Of a stretch of DNA of 64,000 nucleotides, positions 27,368 through 42,201 are shown one piece after another; position 1 is the first letter of the stretch, and every line of letters starts with the position of its first letter. Where the stretch lies: contig OX597829.1 of assembly GCA_951406725.2 (NCBI GenBank), forward strand, positions 23,870,001-23,934,000, given 5' to 3'. This DNA comes from Octopus vulgaris (Eukaryota). The notes beneath the pieces are model-generated. The model was not told where the DNA came from. It made no database searches and saw only the letters and a list, made by a program, of their open reading frames with translations. A program made the position numbers and the translations under genes.

Positions 27368-27725
27368 TTTTACTTGTTTCAGTCATTTGACTGCGGCCAT
27401 GCTGGAGCACCGGGACTTATTCTTTGTAAGCCCCAGTACTTATTCTATCGGTCTGTTTCGCCGAACTGCTAAGTGAAGGGGACGTAAACACACCAGCATC
27501 GGTTGTCAAGCAATGCTAGGTGGGGACAAACACAGACACACACACATATATATACATATATACGACAGGCTTCTTTCAGTTTCCGTCTACCAAATCCACT
27601 CACAAGGCATTGGTCGGCCCGGGGCTATAGTAGAAGACACTTGCCCAAGGTGCCACGCAGTGGGACTGAACCCGGAACCATGTGGTTGGTAAGCAAGCTA
27701 CTTACCACACAGCCACTCCTGCGCC

Positions 27726-27726
<1 letters not shown>
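27368..27726 (-). mobile_element. tRNA-derived SINE (family B), representative copy
   Basis: A/B-box head (tggctgtgtggtaag...ggttcagtccc), caccttgggcaagtgtcttc core, internal (TA/TG)n and tail atgactgaaacaagtaaaag. Copies at 1-430, 15980-16290, 22884-23260, 28301-28675, 31031-31430, 39726-40535, 45852-46230, 46487-46860, 51596-51957 and 53967-54348. Confidence 0.88.
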
Positions 27727-27758
<32 letters not shown>

Positions 27759-30700
27759 CATCATTAGCAGCACTGCCACATCATCATCCTTGTCTGTTAA
27801 ACAGTTTTATGCAGGTTACTGCTGCACATTCTGGTGCACCTCTGTGTTTCTGAGCTATGTGCAGCAGTGTCTTTTGGGAATGTTGGGTTAGGGTTGTATA
27901 GCTGCATTAGCTTTTTGTTTTGTTGCTTTGTTTTAGTGTTATTTTAGTGTTGTGTAGAGAATGTTCAAGTATGGGTAGTGTTATATTAACGAGTGGTGTT
28001 TGTGCAGAGTAAGTGAATTGTTGGTGTTATAGTTTGTTATTCATTATATGAAAGCATATGTTGATGTGGTTGTGTGGTAAAAAAGGCGGTGAGCTGGCAG
28101 AAGCATTAGCACGCTGGGCGAAATGCCTAGCAGTATTTCATCTGCCATTACGTTCTGAGTTCAAATTCCACCGAGGTTGACTTTGCCTTTCATAATTTCG
28201 GGGTTGATAAATTAAGTACCAGTTGTGGACTGGGGTCCATGTAATCGATTTAATCCCTTTGTCTGTACTTGTTTGTCCCCTCTATGTTTAGCCCCTTGTG
28301 GAAGCTTGCTTTCCAACCACATGGTTCTGGGTTCAGTCCCACTGCATGGTACTTGGTGTAAATGTCTTCTGTAGCCACGAATCAACCAAACCCTTGAGTG
28401 GATTTGGTTGACAGAACCTGAAAGAAGCCTGTCATACATATATATATGTATGTGTGTGTGTGTGTTTGTTCCCCACCACCACTTGACAACTGGTGTTGAT
28501 GTGTTTATGTCCCCATAACTTAGCAGTTCAGTAAAAGAAACTGATAGAATAAGTACCCAGCTTTAAAAAATACATTAAATAAGAATTGGGATTGATTCAT
28601 TTGACCAAACATTCTCCAAGGCTGTGCCCCAGCATGGCTGCAGTCTAATAACTAAAACAAATAAAAGCTAAAAGATATTTAAAGGAAGGTGAATGTATAG
28701 GATATGTTTTGTGTAGAGAAAGTGAATTATTTTAAGCTATATTATCAAATTAAAGGTACCTTGTTTAGAATAGGGTCTGTGTCCAGTAGGACAATCTTGT
28801 GTATGTATGATATGGACCCATTTGTAGGACTTTGGCGTGTGTGTGTAGGATGTGGCCTGTGTCTAGCAAAATTTTTGTGAACTGTAAATAATGTCAGGAC
28901 ACTTGATATAGTTTTTATGTTTTCAGTCATATTTTTTTTTGTTTTGTCATATATTATGCTCCTATTATTATTATTGGTAGAGTTTTTACTTTTTTTTTTG
29001 TTTATTTTAATTTCAAGAACTTGAAATTTAGCCCTCTTGCTGTCAGGTAATGCAACATCCACATTGGCTATCCAAATAGAACCAGTGGTAGAGAACAACG
29101 ATGTTAAGGAAATTGAGAATTTATAAGAATTAACTGGTCCGTTCCTAGACAGAATCACAAGAATTAATAGGTCTGCTGACCAAGGATAAAAAACGATAAA
29201 TGTCGCACTTTTCAAGCCTAGCCAGGCTCGTGGGCCCGGTTTCCTGGTTTCTGTGGCATATGTGTTTCCCCCCAGCTGAACGGGACACCAGTCCATCACA
29301 GTGTTACTCATGGAAACAGGAAGAGAGAGTGAGAGAAAGTTGTGGCGAAAGAGTACAACAGGGGTCGCCACCACCTCCTGCCAAAACCTCATGGAGCTTT
29401 TAGGTGTTTTTGCTCAATAAACACACACAACACTCGGTCTGGGAATCGAAACCACGATACTCCGACCGCAAGTCCGCTGCCCTAACCACTGGGCCATTGC
29501 GCCTCCACGCTGACCAAGGAACTGAGCACAATTTCCTAAAATCCTTGACCTAGCAGTGCTGCTAGGGAGGAGAGATATTGCTAGTTTGAGATAAACTCCA
29601 CAACCATGGAAGCACCATCAGCTGGGCCTGAGATAGCTGCATGCAAGCATTGAAACTGTATGTATTCATTCACTGTCAAGCCATTTCTGACTTGCAGAGT
29701 TTTAATGAACTGCTGTCATCACATGTAGGATAAAGCTAGTTATTGACTGAGTCCTTCATAAAGATCATCTCACTCAATTTTTTTTTAATATTTTGACTAG
29801 GAAAGGTGATTAGTTTTCTTGACTAGTAGTTATTATGGAAAAAGTTAAGTGATAGTTGCATCTGAAAGAAATGAGGGTAGATATTTTCCTTACTGACCAA
29901 GTCCTTATTGACTTTTTCAGTTTCATTAGGAAAGGGTAGAGATACTCTCCATCCTCAGAACATTTATTTAAAAGTGAGTGAGGGTTACCAGCATGGCCCA
30001 AATGAGCAGGCCTACTCTTAATGTGTACCTATAGGCTGGAAAATGATACCTGAAGAGAGGGCGCTTACTTATCATAGTCAGATCAATTCTGGCTATACAG
30101 GTTCCATGATTGGTTCCAGTGTGATGCTCCTATTCCAGGAACAGTGCCATATTTGATATATTTTGTGTGTACCATTAGCTTTCACTTTATTTCATAGTAT
30201 TTCCATGTCATAGGCACACACACCTCATCCACTTGTTCCTGTCATATTCTCCTACCCTGATGTGTCACCCCAAAACTTGATTTCACCTTTCATGCTTCTT
30301 CTGGGTCAACAAATTTTTAATTCTGGTAGAGTAGGGTGAATGGAAGCATCTATTAAATCAATAGTTTGGTCTATTTATATGTGTAGTGTAGGGGTGGATG
30401 GTCTGTGGCAATAAAACCTCTCACTACTGGTGTGGTGGAGGTGGTGGAGAAATAGTAGAGGAGCCTAGATCATCATCATCTTCATCATCATTTAATTTCC
30501 TTTTTCTATGCTGGCATGAATCGGACAGTTTGATAGCAACTGGCCAACCAGAGATCTGACTAGGCTCCAATTTTCTGTTTTGGCATGTTTTCTGTGGCTG
30601 GACACACTTCCTGGTTCCAACCACTTTGCGAAGTGTAGTGGGTGTTTTTTTTATATATGGCACCAGCAGTTGTATAAGTACTTGTAGTAGTGGCTACACA

Positions 30701-31647
30701 CTTGTATCTTCTGAGTTCAAATCCAGCTAAGGTCGAGTTAACCTTTTTGTTTTTCTCATTCCTCCTAAGTACTTATTTTATTTCAAATGGATAAAATACA
30801 CACCTCTAATGTATTGAGGTTGAATAAGGCTAACCACTACTACCATCACTTTGTTTAAAATGTGTGGTTTCATCATCATCATTTTACATTTGCTTTCCAT
30901 GCTGGCTTAGGTAGGACAATTCAACAGGTTAGAGGACCATATTTTCTCTAATGTTGCATTTTTTATATGGTTTCTATCTGTAGATGCCCTTCCCAAAACT
31001 AATCATTTTACAGCAGTATATCTTTTATTTTTTACTTGTTTCATCATTAAACTGTGGCCATGCTGGGGCACTACCTTCAAGAATTTTTAGTTGAACAAAG
31101 TCGACCCCAGTACTTTTTTGTTTCTGTAAAGCTTGGTACTTATTCTATCAGTTCTCTTTTGCCAAACTGCTAAGGTACAGGGACATGAACATACAAGCAC
31201 TAGTTGTCGAGCAGTGGTGGGGGACAAGCACACACGTGTGTGTGTGTATATATATGTATATATATGTACACACAATGAACTTATTCTAGTTTCCATCTAC
31301 CAAATTCTCTCACAAGGCTTTGATCAGCTGGATGCTGTAGTAGAGGACACTTTCCCATGGTGTCATGCAGTGGAACTGAACCCAAACCATGTGGGAAGCA
31401 AGCTTCTTACCACTCAGCCATGCCTACACCTATACTAATTTGGGAGGTGGGAAGAGGACACCTTGTAGCTTTATAGAGCAAAAAAAAAATCCCATAATGG
31501 AAAGGAAGAGGTTTATAGTGAAAGGATGGAAATAGAGAGAAAAATATTTTGCAGAATTTGTAGAATGTTGGAAAAATACTGTGTGTGCGTCCCAATCTTG
31601 CAGGAGTCAACTTTGGCTTTTATCCTTCTGTAGGGTTGTTAAAATGA

Positions 31648-31888
31648 ACCCTTTTCTTGTCCCGTGTATCACATGCGTTACATGAGACATATTTCCCTGA
31701 CATCCATGCATCATGTATGATACATATTCCCAGTTTTTTTCCATCCAATAGAGTAACTTGAGACATAGGAAAGGAAAGTATTATTATATCACCCAGATTG
31801 TATGAAATAAGGGCTAACTAAAAGCCTGAAAACAAGCAAGGACCATTTGGGACAAACTTAAGAAAATGCTTTGGACAGGCAAACGGTT
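31648..31888. mobile_element. Possible second piggyBac-like MITE
   Basis: Degenerate inverted ends aacccttttcttgtcc ... ggacaggcaaacggttaa. Confidence 0.35.
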
Positions 31889-33734
31889 AAGTAATAGTAA
31901 TGTCCTGAGGCCTTATATACTCATGTCAGAAGTTGATGTTGTTGCTGTCACTATTGTATTGTGACGATGTCATGTCATACCAAAGAAATCATAGTTGTTG
32001 ATGTTGCTTGTATTACTGGAGTGGACTAATGCCATTTCTTCTTGCATCAGAAGCTGTCAGAGTTGCTGTCCTTATTGGTTGAGTAGAGGATCAGATTTCA
32101 ATTCAATTTAACATTTTGCGCTAGAACGCTGCACCAGCCTCCAGTCTGATTTGGCATGATTTTCTACGACTGGATGCCCTTCTTAACGCCAACCACTCCG
32201 AGAGTGTAATAGGTGCTATTATGTGCCACCAGCATGGGTGCCATTTGCGTGACACTGGGGTGCTTTTATGTGCCACTGGCACAGGTGCCTTTTGCATGAC
32301 ACCAGTATCTGCCATGGCTGCGATTTTGCTTTTGGTCTTATTATGCACAACATAATGGCAAAGGCCTGAACCATTAACTCTATGAGGCCCTGTGCTTGAA
32401 AGGAACTCAGTCACTTTGTCTCCATGAGGCCCATCACTTGAAAGATGTTCTTTACGTTCCACCAGCACTGGTACCAGTTACCATGACTATGATTTCACTT
32501 GACAGGTCCTCTCAAGCATAGCACATTGCCAAAGGTCTCGGTCACTAATCATTACCTCTGTGAGGCATATATGTGTATGTATGTATATATTTGTGTGTGT
32601 GTTTTTGTATCTGGGTTTGTCTCCCCACCATCATTTGACAACTAATGTTGGTGTGTTTACATCCCTGTAACTTAGCAGTTTGACAAAAGAGACCAATAGA
32701 ATAAGTACTAGGCTTACAAAGAACAAGTCCTGGGGTCAATTTCTTTGACTAAAACCCTTTAAGGCAATGCTCCAGCATAGCCACAGTCAAATGACTGAAA
32801 CAAGTAAAGGAATAAAACACACACACACACACACACACAAGTAAATACAGAAATGGGGTGTATGACAAAAATTATATATGTATAATTTAAGTGTGTGTCT
32901 GTGTTTACAACAGTTGTATTATTTGTTATCTCCCTTTATATCCTATAACCTAGCAATGTGAGAATTCAGGACACTGACATAAATACTTGGATTAATATTA
33001 TCAATTAAAACCAGTAAAAGTATTTAAAAAAATACTCACGGTTATATAATGCACACACACAAGCGTACATAATCCTCAACATCATCTTTACATCCACTCT
33101 CTTATACCCTGAAGCTCATACACTCCATTTTTAGCTTGGTTCTATGGCTCAATGCCCTACCTAATGCCAACCACTTTATTGAATATTTAGGGTGCATTTT
33201 ATCATGGTACCAGTACCTATTTCTTTACTACCCACAAGGGGCTAAACATAGAGGGGACAAACAAATGACAGACATAGGTATTAAGTTGATTACATTGACC
33301 CCAGTGCGTAACTGGTACTTAATTTATCGACCCCGAAAGGATGAAAAGCAAAGTTGACCTCGGCGGAATTTGAACTCACAACGTAACTGGTACCAATACC
33401 AGTGTGGTTGTCATTTTCCTTGGTAAAACAAGATTATGCACTGTCTGTTTATTCACTAGTAACTGCAACTGGTTTTGTGCATAAATTTTTACCCATCAGC
33501 ATACAGCCTAACTCTGTATTAAAGGCTGGATCAGGCTGTTTTGAACATAGAGCAGATAGAATATTTGGGTTGGATATGGTCAGTTCAATTGCTAAAGGGT
33601 TAAGATGAAACCTATCAAATAGAAAGAAGCTTGCTTCCCAAACACATAGTTCTGGGTTCAGTCCTACTGTGTGGCACCTTGGGAAATTGTCTTCTGTAAT
33701 GGATTTGGTAGAAGAAAAAAATTGGATGAGCCTG

Positions 33735-33779
<45 letters not shown>

Positions 33780-33780
<1 letters not shown>

Positions 33781-34245
33781 TTCCCTTGTCAGTCATTAAG
33801 ATAGTGCTCTTGTGGTGAGTGAGTTGGTTTGACTGTTATTTCTAGCAATGCTGGTACCACTTAGTACCCTCTGTCACTTTAGTGATGTCTATAAATTTAC
33901 CTTTAGGTTGTTAAATTTCTAATAAGCCACCTATGTTATTTATAGTTTTCACTTTTACCACTTTTGAAATGAGCATATGAGTTCAATGATCTTATAAGTT
34001 GACTAGGTGAGTTGAATTTAACCCTAGGTGCAGTAAGAGCTATCAATGAGAATTAAGATGCTCTGTATCAAAATTTGAAATTGCTGGTGATCTGGCTATG
34101 TCTGGAAAGGAAGTTTATCTCATTTGTCAGTCATTAACATAGTGGTCTTGTGATTAGCAAGTTGGTTTGACTCTTATTTCTAGCAATGCTGGTACCACTT
34201 AGTACTCTGTCACTTTAGTGACATCTATGGATTTAATAAGCCACC
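33780..34245 (+). repeat. Local ~120-bp direct duplication
   Basis: ttgtcagtcattaa...ttatttctagcaatgctggtaccacttagtac...tgtcactttagtga at ~33788 and ~34124. Confidence 0.8.
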
Positions 34246-35799
34246 CATATTATATATATATATGTTTATATATCCCTCTCTGCTGGGAGGCACCTGCATG
34301 GAGGCAAAGTGACTGAGTTTCTCTTGAGCGTTGGGCCTCATGGAGGCAAAGTGGCTGAATTTTTCTCAAGCATTGGGCCTCATGGAGGCAAAGTGACCAA
34401 GTTTCTTTCAAGTGTCGGACCTCATGGAGGCAATGACCAAGACCTTTGACATTATGTTGTGCTTGAGAAGATGACCCATCAAGTTGAGCAAAATCATGGT
34501 CATGGCGGATGCCAGTGTCATTACACACTCAGAGTGGTTGGCATTAGGAAGGGCATCCAGCTGTAGAAACCAAGCCAAATCAGACTGGAACCTGGTGCAG
34601 CTCTCCAGCTTGCCTGCTCTAGCACTCAGCACACACTATAAAGTGGTTGGCACTAGGAAGGGGCATCCAGCTGTAGAAATCATGCCAAATCAGACTGGAA
34701 CCTGGTGCAGCCTTCCAGTGTGCCAGCCCAGTCAAACCATCCAACCTATGCCAGCATGGACAAAGGACATTAAATGATGATGATATATACCTACCTACCT
34801 ACCTATCTACTTATGCATGTGTCTTTGTGTATGTGTTTTGTACACCACTACCAATTGACAACTGCTGTTGATGTGTTTGCATCCCTATAACTTAACAGTT
34901 CAGCAAAAGGGACCAATAGAATAAGTACCAGGCTTTACAAAAAAAAATAAGTACTGGGTTTGATAAGTTCAACTAAAATTCTTCAAGGGTTACCCTGCCA
35001 TGGCTGCACTCTAATGACTGAAACTAGTAAAAGAAGGCGACAAGCTGGCAGAAACATTAGCACGCCAAGCAAAATGCTTAGCAGTATTTTGTCTGCCGTT
35101 ATGTTCTGAGTTCAAATTCCGCCGAGGTCGACTTTGACTTTCATCCTTTCAAGGTCAATAAATAAAGTACCAGTTATGCACTGGGGTCGATGTAATCGAT
35201 TTAATCCCTTTGTCCTTGTTTGTCCCCTCTATGTTTAGTCCCTTGTGGGCAATAAAGAAATATGAAACTAGTGTAAGAAGAAAAAAAATTATCATTTGTC
35301 TATTGCAGCCAAGAGGTAGGCACCAGCCTTACAACATCCCATCTGCTGCATTCTCTAAAATATAGGACCTTTGTTTTTTGAATCAAATGAAACCATCATT
35401 GTCACTTCTTAATACACCTTTCTTACCATTTCAATATCATCATCATCATTGTGACCATCATCATCATCATCATCATCAATGACTTTGCATTTGCCGTTCC
35501 ATGCTGGGAGAGGTTGGTTGAAGTTTGTCCCACAAGTAAAATTACGAACAAAGATATTCCATTTAGGACCATCCTGTCTTTTATTCAGACAATGTGTAGT
35601 TTGAAGTACATTACCCAGTATGTTCTGTTTTACATTATTAAGACAGTAAGATGTTATTTGAGGGAGAGTTAACTGTTGTTTCTTGCAGATGTAGCTTTCA
35701 CAAGTCAAAAAGATTCTATATTTTGACTTGTCGAAGTGAAATGGTTTAAAGGATAAGGAGGTGGACTATCAACAACAGATTTTTTTTTTTGTTGCTGTT

Positions 35800-36230
35800 G
35801 TGTATCTCTGCCCTGGGGGATACTCGGAGTGTTAACAACAACAACTGACTTCAAGTCCAAGAGGAGTAGTATCTTTCATCATTGTTACTCGAAGTCGACT
35901 ACCCAAAGATCCTGGGACCTTGGAGTTATTTAGTTTTTATTTATTTCAATTCAAGATTATCCACAAGGAATTAGGATCAGAGATCTTTTGGAGACTGTTA
36001 CTTGAGATAAGCTCACAATCCATAGAGAGATGTATCTTTAATCCACATTATATTGTGTTCCTGGAACTAAATACTCTCTCAGCTCTGCCCCTGTTGGCAG
36101 CAGAGATTTTGCTTGTATATTTCAGTTCACTTAATTCGTTTTGGGAATGGGTACCACCAGGGCATCCGGAGAATGTTACCTAAGATAGACTAGGAATGTT
36201 TTGTCTTACACCTGTTAAACACTACAAAAC
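35800..36230 (-). pseudogene. Degenerate non-LTR RT relic
   Basis: Minus-strand fragments ALVVPIPK...KSLLP, LLLDL and SIPQG occur in RT-motif order, with many stops. Confidence 0.45.
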
Positions 36231-36448
36231 TAAATTCAACCTTCTGCTTTGAACATCTACTTACAGACTACCTAAAGCATTTTTTTTCTTTATTATTTAT
36301 ATATTGTAACATTGAGTTATAACATTATGTCTGAATTATAGGATTGGGTGGTCACAACTGGAAAGTCTTTCATATGTTGGGAGCCAAGCAACAATCAGTC
36401 ACTAATACTAATATTATACATTAGATGATGCTGTTCTAGATAAATTTC

Positions 36449-36827
36449 TCTCTGTATAAAGCTGAAGTTGTCTGTGTATAGCAGGTTTGGTAGCCTTCAA
36501 CTAACACTATCTCCTCCAAGACACTGCGGCGCAAGTTGGCCAAAACTGAGAGTATTATAGAGGAAGGCTTGCTCTTCCTTCTGTAGAAGAAAAAATTCAA
36601 ATCGGACCGTGTTAACTCCAAAAATTATTTACATCAAAAAGGTGCTTTTTTTCTATGAAAATCCCTATTTTTTTTACTGCTGTGTCACCATTTTTTGGTG
36701 TATTTCAACCAGAAAAATGTTCACTTAAAGAGAATAACAAGCTACATAATGCAAAATTTTTACTTTTCAAAAATTCCAATTCTAAAGGGTTGAAACAAAT
36801 CCAAGCAATGCCAGGTGATACTGCTAG
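36449..36827 (+). mobile_element. Non-autonomous Helitron
   Basis: 5' TC start (tctctgtataaagctgaag), a degenerate GC subterminal hairpin (ccaagcaatgccagg) and a CTAG|T 3' end. No TIR or TSD. Confidence 0.65.
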
Positions 36828-37397
36828 TTATGTCTAAAAATGAAATGAGATGATCACAACCGGAACATCTTAGGTCTGCTGGATCAGGACTGACCAGAAT
36901 GAGTGGGTAGGGGACTAAACAACAACGTGAACCACTAATACCAACTACTACGAGGGCTTCTGGTGGTGGTGGTGGTGGCAGCAATGTTGTTGTTGTGGGG
37001 GCTGCCTGTAACTGTGTCATGTAAAAGAATGAACTCTCTGATATACCAAGTCTAACAATAATTCTACACACACACATACACACACACACACATTGCATAC
37101 ATATTGCAGTGTGTGTATTGGAAGGGTTAATTCAGCAGTAGTATTTAATCCCTTTTATCAGCAGAGAGTAAGCAGTTGGGGTACTTGGTACCCTTGTGTG
37201 TTAACCAGCATTTAGAAAAATCTGCTGTGTGTGTGTGTGTGTGTTAGAAGTTGAATGTCTACATTTACTTAGCTACAAATCATTTTTCTACTGTTTCTTC
37301 ATGAAATCTAAGACCCCCCAGCTTCCATTTACAATTAGTATCCTTACAAAATTATACCTATCACTTATAAGATTAACATACTTTGTAACCCTACCCA

Positions 37398-37440
<43 letters not shown>

Positions 37441-37697
37441 ATAGTATTTTACCACAGTTTTCCACTGTATTTGTCTCTCACATCTCTCAGGAGATGATGA
37501 AACAACTTCAGAAGTTTTTGTACTGTAAACTCCGTGTGTGTGATGTATTTCTGAATGTATGTGTTTGTGGGCTGGGGTGTCTACATAACTGGATGTTGAA
37601 ACTGGGGGAAAAGGTAATATAGGTGGTAGACATGAATGTATCATTACGTATATTTAGATGTAAAACTGGAGAAAAAATAGTGTATATATATATACAT

Positions 37698-38011
37698 CAA
37701 AATAAGCAACAAGGATATCCAAGGTAGTGTAGTACAATCGTTTCATGCTATTTCATTTTATTAAACACTGTAAGTATTACATCAGTTTTAAAATGTTGAG
37801 CATTACATCAGTTTATTAAACACTGGTGTAATACTTACAGTGTTTAATAAAATGAAGTAGCATGAAACGATTGTACTACACTACCTTGGATATCCTTGTT
37901 GCTTATTTTAATTATAATCACTCCATTTGATTTATATGGATAATACCATACAAAATTCTGGGGCCTTTAACTTAAGTACCATATTCATCTGAATCTAAAT
38001 TTTGCTGAACT
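37698..38011 (+). repeat. Foldback (37698-37909) plus unique tail, inserted in (TA)n
   Basis: ~95-bp near-perfect inverted arms (aaaataagcaacaaggatatccaaggtagtgtagtacaatcgtttcatgc...), then a ~100-bp tail ending tttgctgaactt(TA)n. The same family occurs at 18106-18250. Confidence 0.85.
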
Positions 38012-38886
38012 TATATATATATATATCATCATCATCATCATCGTTTAACATCCGTTTTCCGCGCTAGCACGGGTTGGACGGTTCGACCGGGGTCTGGGAA
38101 GCCAGGGGCTGCACCAGGCTCCAGTCTGATCTGGCAGAGTTTCTACAGCTGGATGCCCTTCCTAACGCCAACCACTCCGCGAGTGTAGTGGGTGCTTTTT
38201 ACGTGCCACCTGCACAGGTGCCAGGGGGGTCTGGCATCGGCCAATTAAAAAATAATATTCTTTTCCTCTTTTACTTGTTTCTGTCATTTTACTGCAGCCA
38301 TGCTGGAGCATAGCCTTCAGACGAGCAAATTGACCCCAGGACCCATTCCTTGCAAGCCCAGTACCCATTCCATCGGACTCCCCCGCTGAACCGCCAATTC
38401 ACAGGGATGCAAACACACCAGCATCAGTTACACACATACATGTGTGTTTGCACACATCTGTACACATACATATGCATGTATATAGGCATGACTGTGGTTA
38501 AGAAGTTTGCTTCCCACATGGTTTCGGGTTCAGTTCCACTGTGCAACTCTTAAGGCAAATTTCTTCTATTATAGCCCTGGGCTAGTCAAAGTGGGGGGTG
38601 GATCTAGGAAAGGGAAACTGAAAGAAGCCTGTTATATGTAAGTACAAATAAATGTGTGGGTGTGTGTCTTTGTTTTGCTATCGCATGGTTATTGTAAATG
38701 AATGCCACACTGATACAGACAAGCATCATTCATTGACAGTTTTCTCAGAAAAATATGTTTGGCCATGGGGCAAATATTACTTTGCTTGGAAACAGATGAG
38801 GGATGACAACAGGAAGGGTTAAATATATCCTGGCCCTGAACAGACGGGTCAGTCATTGGGATGTAGTCTTAGCTATGTTAAACATC

Positions 38887-38945
<59 letters not shown>

Positions 38946-38999
38946 TACATATTATATACATGTATGTGTGTATAAATTGATTATTTGCAACTGATGCAG

Positions 39000-39620
39000 T
39001 ATTAATATCAAAAGGTAATCTTTATATCCCTCTTAACATGGATGCCTTGTTAGAACACCAAATATTGTGTTATTAGCCTTGAGGGAGCCTCTCATATAGG
39101 CACTTGGTACATAAAAGCATACACATAGATCATAATGGATGAAATTCATTCATCATAGGTGCCAGAATTCCCATATCACATTTAGTTCTATTGAAACTCA
39201 TCAGCAGGAAGCACCAGGAGACCACATGGCAGTTAAATCTTGCTGCTATGATATATATGGTCTTTCAGCATATTTTCAGACTCTGATGTTGAAAATAGCC
39301 AGCAAGCTTATTAAAAATAAATTATCAGTGATGGAAGCAGTATCAATGCCAAAAGGTATATGTGTATCAGTGAGTGTAGGGAATGAAGTAGGTAAATATG
39401 TACTACATATGTTTCCAAGAGAAACTGAACAGAAGTTATGTAATTTTAAGATTTCAAATATGTTCAATTTCCCACTTCTGGAACTTTTTACCTGTTGTTT
39501 GCAGGTTCATTGTCAGGATATGTCTAATTCAGTATGGGATGAAGCATACAATAAATGTTGATTAATAAACTTTATTGGTTGAGTATTATCTGCTTTGTGT
39601 TATCTATACAAGCCACCTCT
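39000..39620 (-). pseudogene. Possible CR1/L2-like RT relic
   Basis: Fragments KYAE..QQDLTAMWS and LMSFNRTKC resemble YADD..LQ.DL..W.M.FN..KC. Very decayed. Confidence 0.35.
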
Positions 39621-39691
39621 ATGCTTGAGGTTAAAGAACTCTGTACCACGATCATTTTGGATCTCACTATACATACATACATATGTACATA

Positions 39692-39727
<36 letters not shown>

Positions 39728-41017
39728 TTCAGTCATTGGACTGCAGCCATGATTAAGTACTGCCTTGAAAGGTTTTAATCAAATGAATCAATCCCAGTAC
39801 TTATTTTTTAAGCCTGGTACTTAACCTATTGGCCTTTTGTACCAAACCACTGAGTTACAGGAATGTAAACAAACCAACACTGGTTGTCAAGCTGTGGTGG
39901 TGGTGGGGCAAACACATACACTAAACACACTACATACACTACATGCATACGATGCAAACGCATACACTACACACGCAAGCACATACGCTACACACACAAG
40001 TACATACGCTACACATGCAAGCACATATGCTACACACACAACGCACACACACTACACATGCACACACACTATGCACACAACGCATGCTACACACACACAC
40101 GCACACTATGCACATAAGGAGGCACACAAGCACTCACACACAAGCACACACAAGCATACACACACAAGCACACACACACAAGCACTCACACACAAGCACT
40201 CACACACACACATAAGCACTCACACACACACACTAGCATTCACACACGCACAAGAATGCACACACACACATGCATGCATAAACACAAACACACATGCATA
40301 AACACACAAACACATGCATAAACACACACAAACACACACATAAACACACACAGACACACACACACACACACACACACACGAGTGAGCTTTTCAGTTTCCT
40401 TCTACCAGATTCACTTACAAGGCTTTGGTTGGTCTGGGGGTTATAGTTGAAGGTACTTGCCCAAGGTGTCACACAGTGGGACTGAACCCAGAATCCTGTG
40501 GTTGGGGAGGAAGCTTCTTACCACACAGCCATGTCTGCACTTAAAGAACTGACTCTCCCTGGCAGGACATTGATCCCAAATCTCCATCTATAGCATCTTT
40601 TACTTGTTTCAGTCATTGGACTCTGGCCATGCTGGGGCACTGCATTGAAGAGTTTAGTGGAGAATACGTGCACACACACACACACACACACACATACACA
40701 CACACACACACACACACAGGGGGACTGATGGTATTGGCTGACCATCTTCCTCTCCTCCAAGTTACAGATCAATATCAGAAAAGTCTCATTGAACATAAAA
40801 GGAGGGAGAGGTTAGAAACAGCAGCCAAATACCTTTTAATTCACAGTATGCCTTCATAAACAAGATGATTATATTGAATAGTGTAGTATAAGATAATTGT
40901 CCCCTGATATTGTAAATGGGTGGATGGTCATTGCTGGAACACCTTTGATCACAGGTTTTTCTGAGAACTGCTGACCTGAGAGGTAAATGATAATACAACA
41001 CTGCTTACACCCCCCCC

Positions 41018-41037
41018 ACTACCACTATCACTACTGT

Positions 41038-41084
<47 letters not shown>

Positions 41085-41470
41085 TCACAACCACTACTAT
41101 CACCACTACCATCACTACCACCACCACTATTACTACCATCACTACCACCACCTCTACTGCTACAACTACTACTATCACCACATCTATCACCACCTCTACT
41201 GTTCCACTACTATCACTACCACCATCTCTACTATTACCATCAATACCACCACCTCTAGTACTAAAACTACTACTACTACAACTACTACTGTCACCACAGC
41301 TATCACCACCACCTCTACTGTTCCACTACTATCACTACCATCATCTCTACTATTACCATCAATTACTATTACCACCACCTCTAGTACTAAAACTACTACT
41401 ACTACCACCACCACCTCTACTACTATTAATACCACATCTACTACCCCCACCTCTACTGTTCTACTACTAC
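41018..41470. repeat. (TAC)/(CAC)n trinucleotide low-complexity tract
   Basis: Direct inspection. Explains ORFs 40987-41493, 41005-41193 and 41196-41450. Confidence 0.95.
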
Positions 41471-41747
41471 ATAAAGTGTGTTGTTATCTTTAGCAGCTAT
41501 ATACTGCCAGTCTCCGGAAATGATAGTCTAGTATAACTTAATCGTTGTCGTTCTGTACCGGCACACCAACTGTTTACATTAAACTACAGAATTGATGGAA
41601 CGAGGAAATGTCTTTTAATTACTAAACACCTGCCTTAAAACTCACCTGATAACATTGACTTGCAGCTTTTGGCAAATGGCCAAATAATTCATTGTGAGGA
41701 CAGTGGGGGAGAGAAAGGGTGTCAGAATCAGGGATAGGTAGTATAAA

Positions 41748-42201
41748 GGCGGGTGGCTGGCAGATACGTTAACATACCAGGCGAAATGCTTAGCAGTATT
41801 TCATCTGCCGCTACATTCTGAGTTCAAATTCCACCGAGGTCGACTTTGCCTTTCATCCTTTCAGGGTCAATAAATTAAGTACCTATTTCTTTATTACCCA
41901 CAAGGGGCTAAACACAGTGGGGACAAACAAGGACAGACATAGGTATTAAGTTGATTACATCGACCCCAGTGCGTAACTGGTACTTAATTTATTCGACCCC
42001 GAAAAGATGAAAGGCAAAGTTGAACTCACAATGTAACGCAGACGAAATACCGCTAAGCATTTCGCCCGGCGTGCTAACGTTTCTGCCAGCTCGCCGCCTT
42101 TAGTACCAGTTGCGCACTGGGGTCGATGTAATCGACTTAATACCTTTGTCTGTCCTTGTTTGTCTCCTCTATGTTTAGCCCCTTGTGGGCAATAAATAAA
42201 T
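41748..42201. mobile_element. Nin-domain-type SINE (+) with a same-family SINE inserted in antisense (41884-42099)
   Basis: The outer copy is split at ...aagtacc | agtaccagttgc. The outer TSD agggataggtagta appears on both sides. Core gtcgactttgcctttcatcctttc-ggggtcgataaa. Confidence 0.88.

Noticed and set aside
28745-29392. 215-aa minus-strand ORF
   Set aside because: It runs through a SINE and poly-T tracts, with no recognisable domain or splice support.
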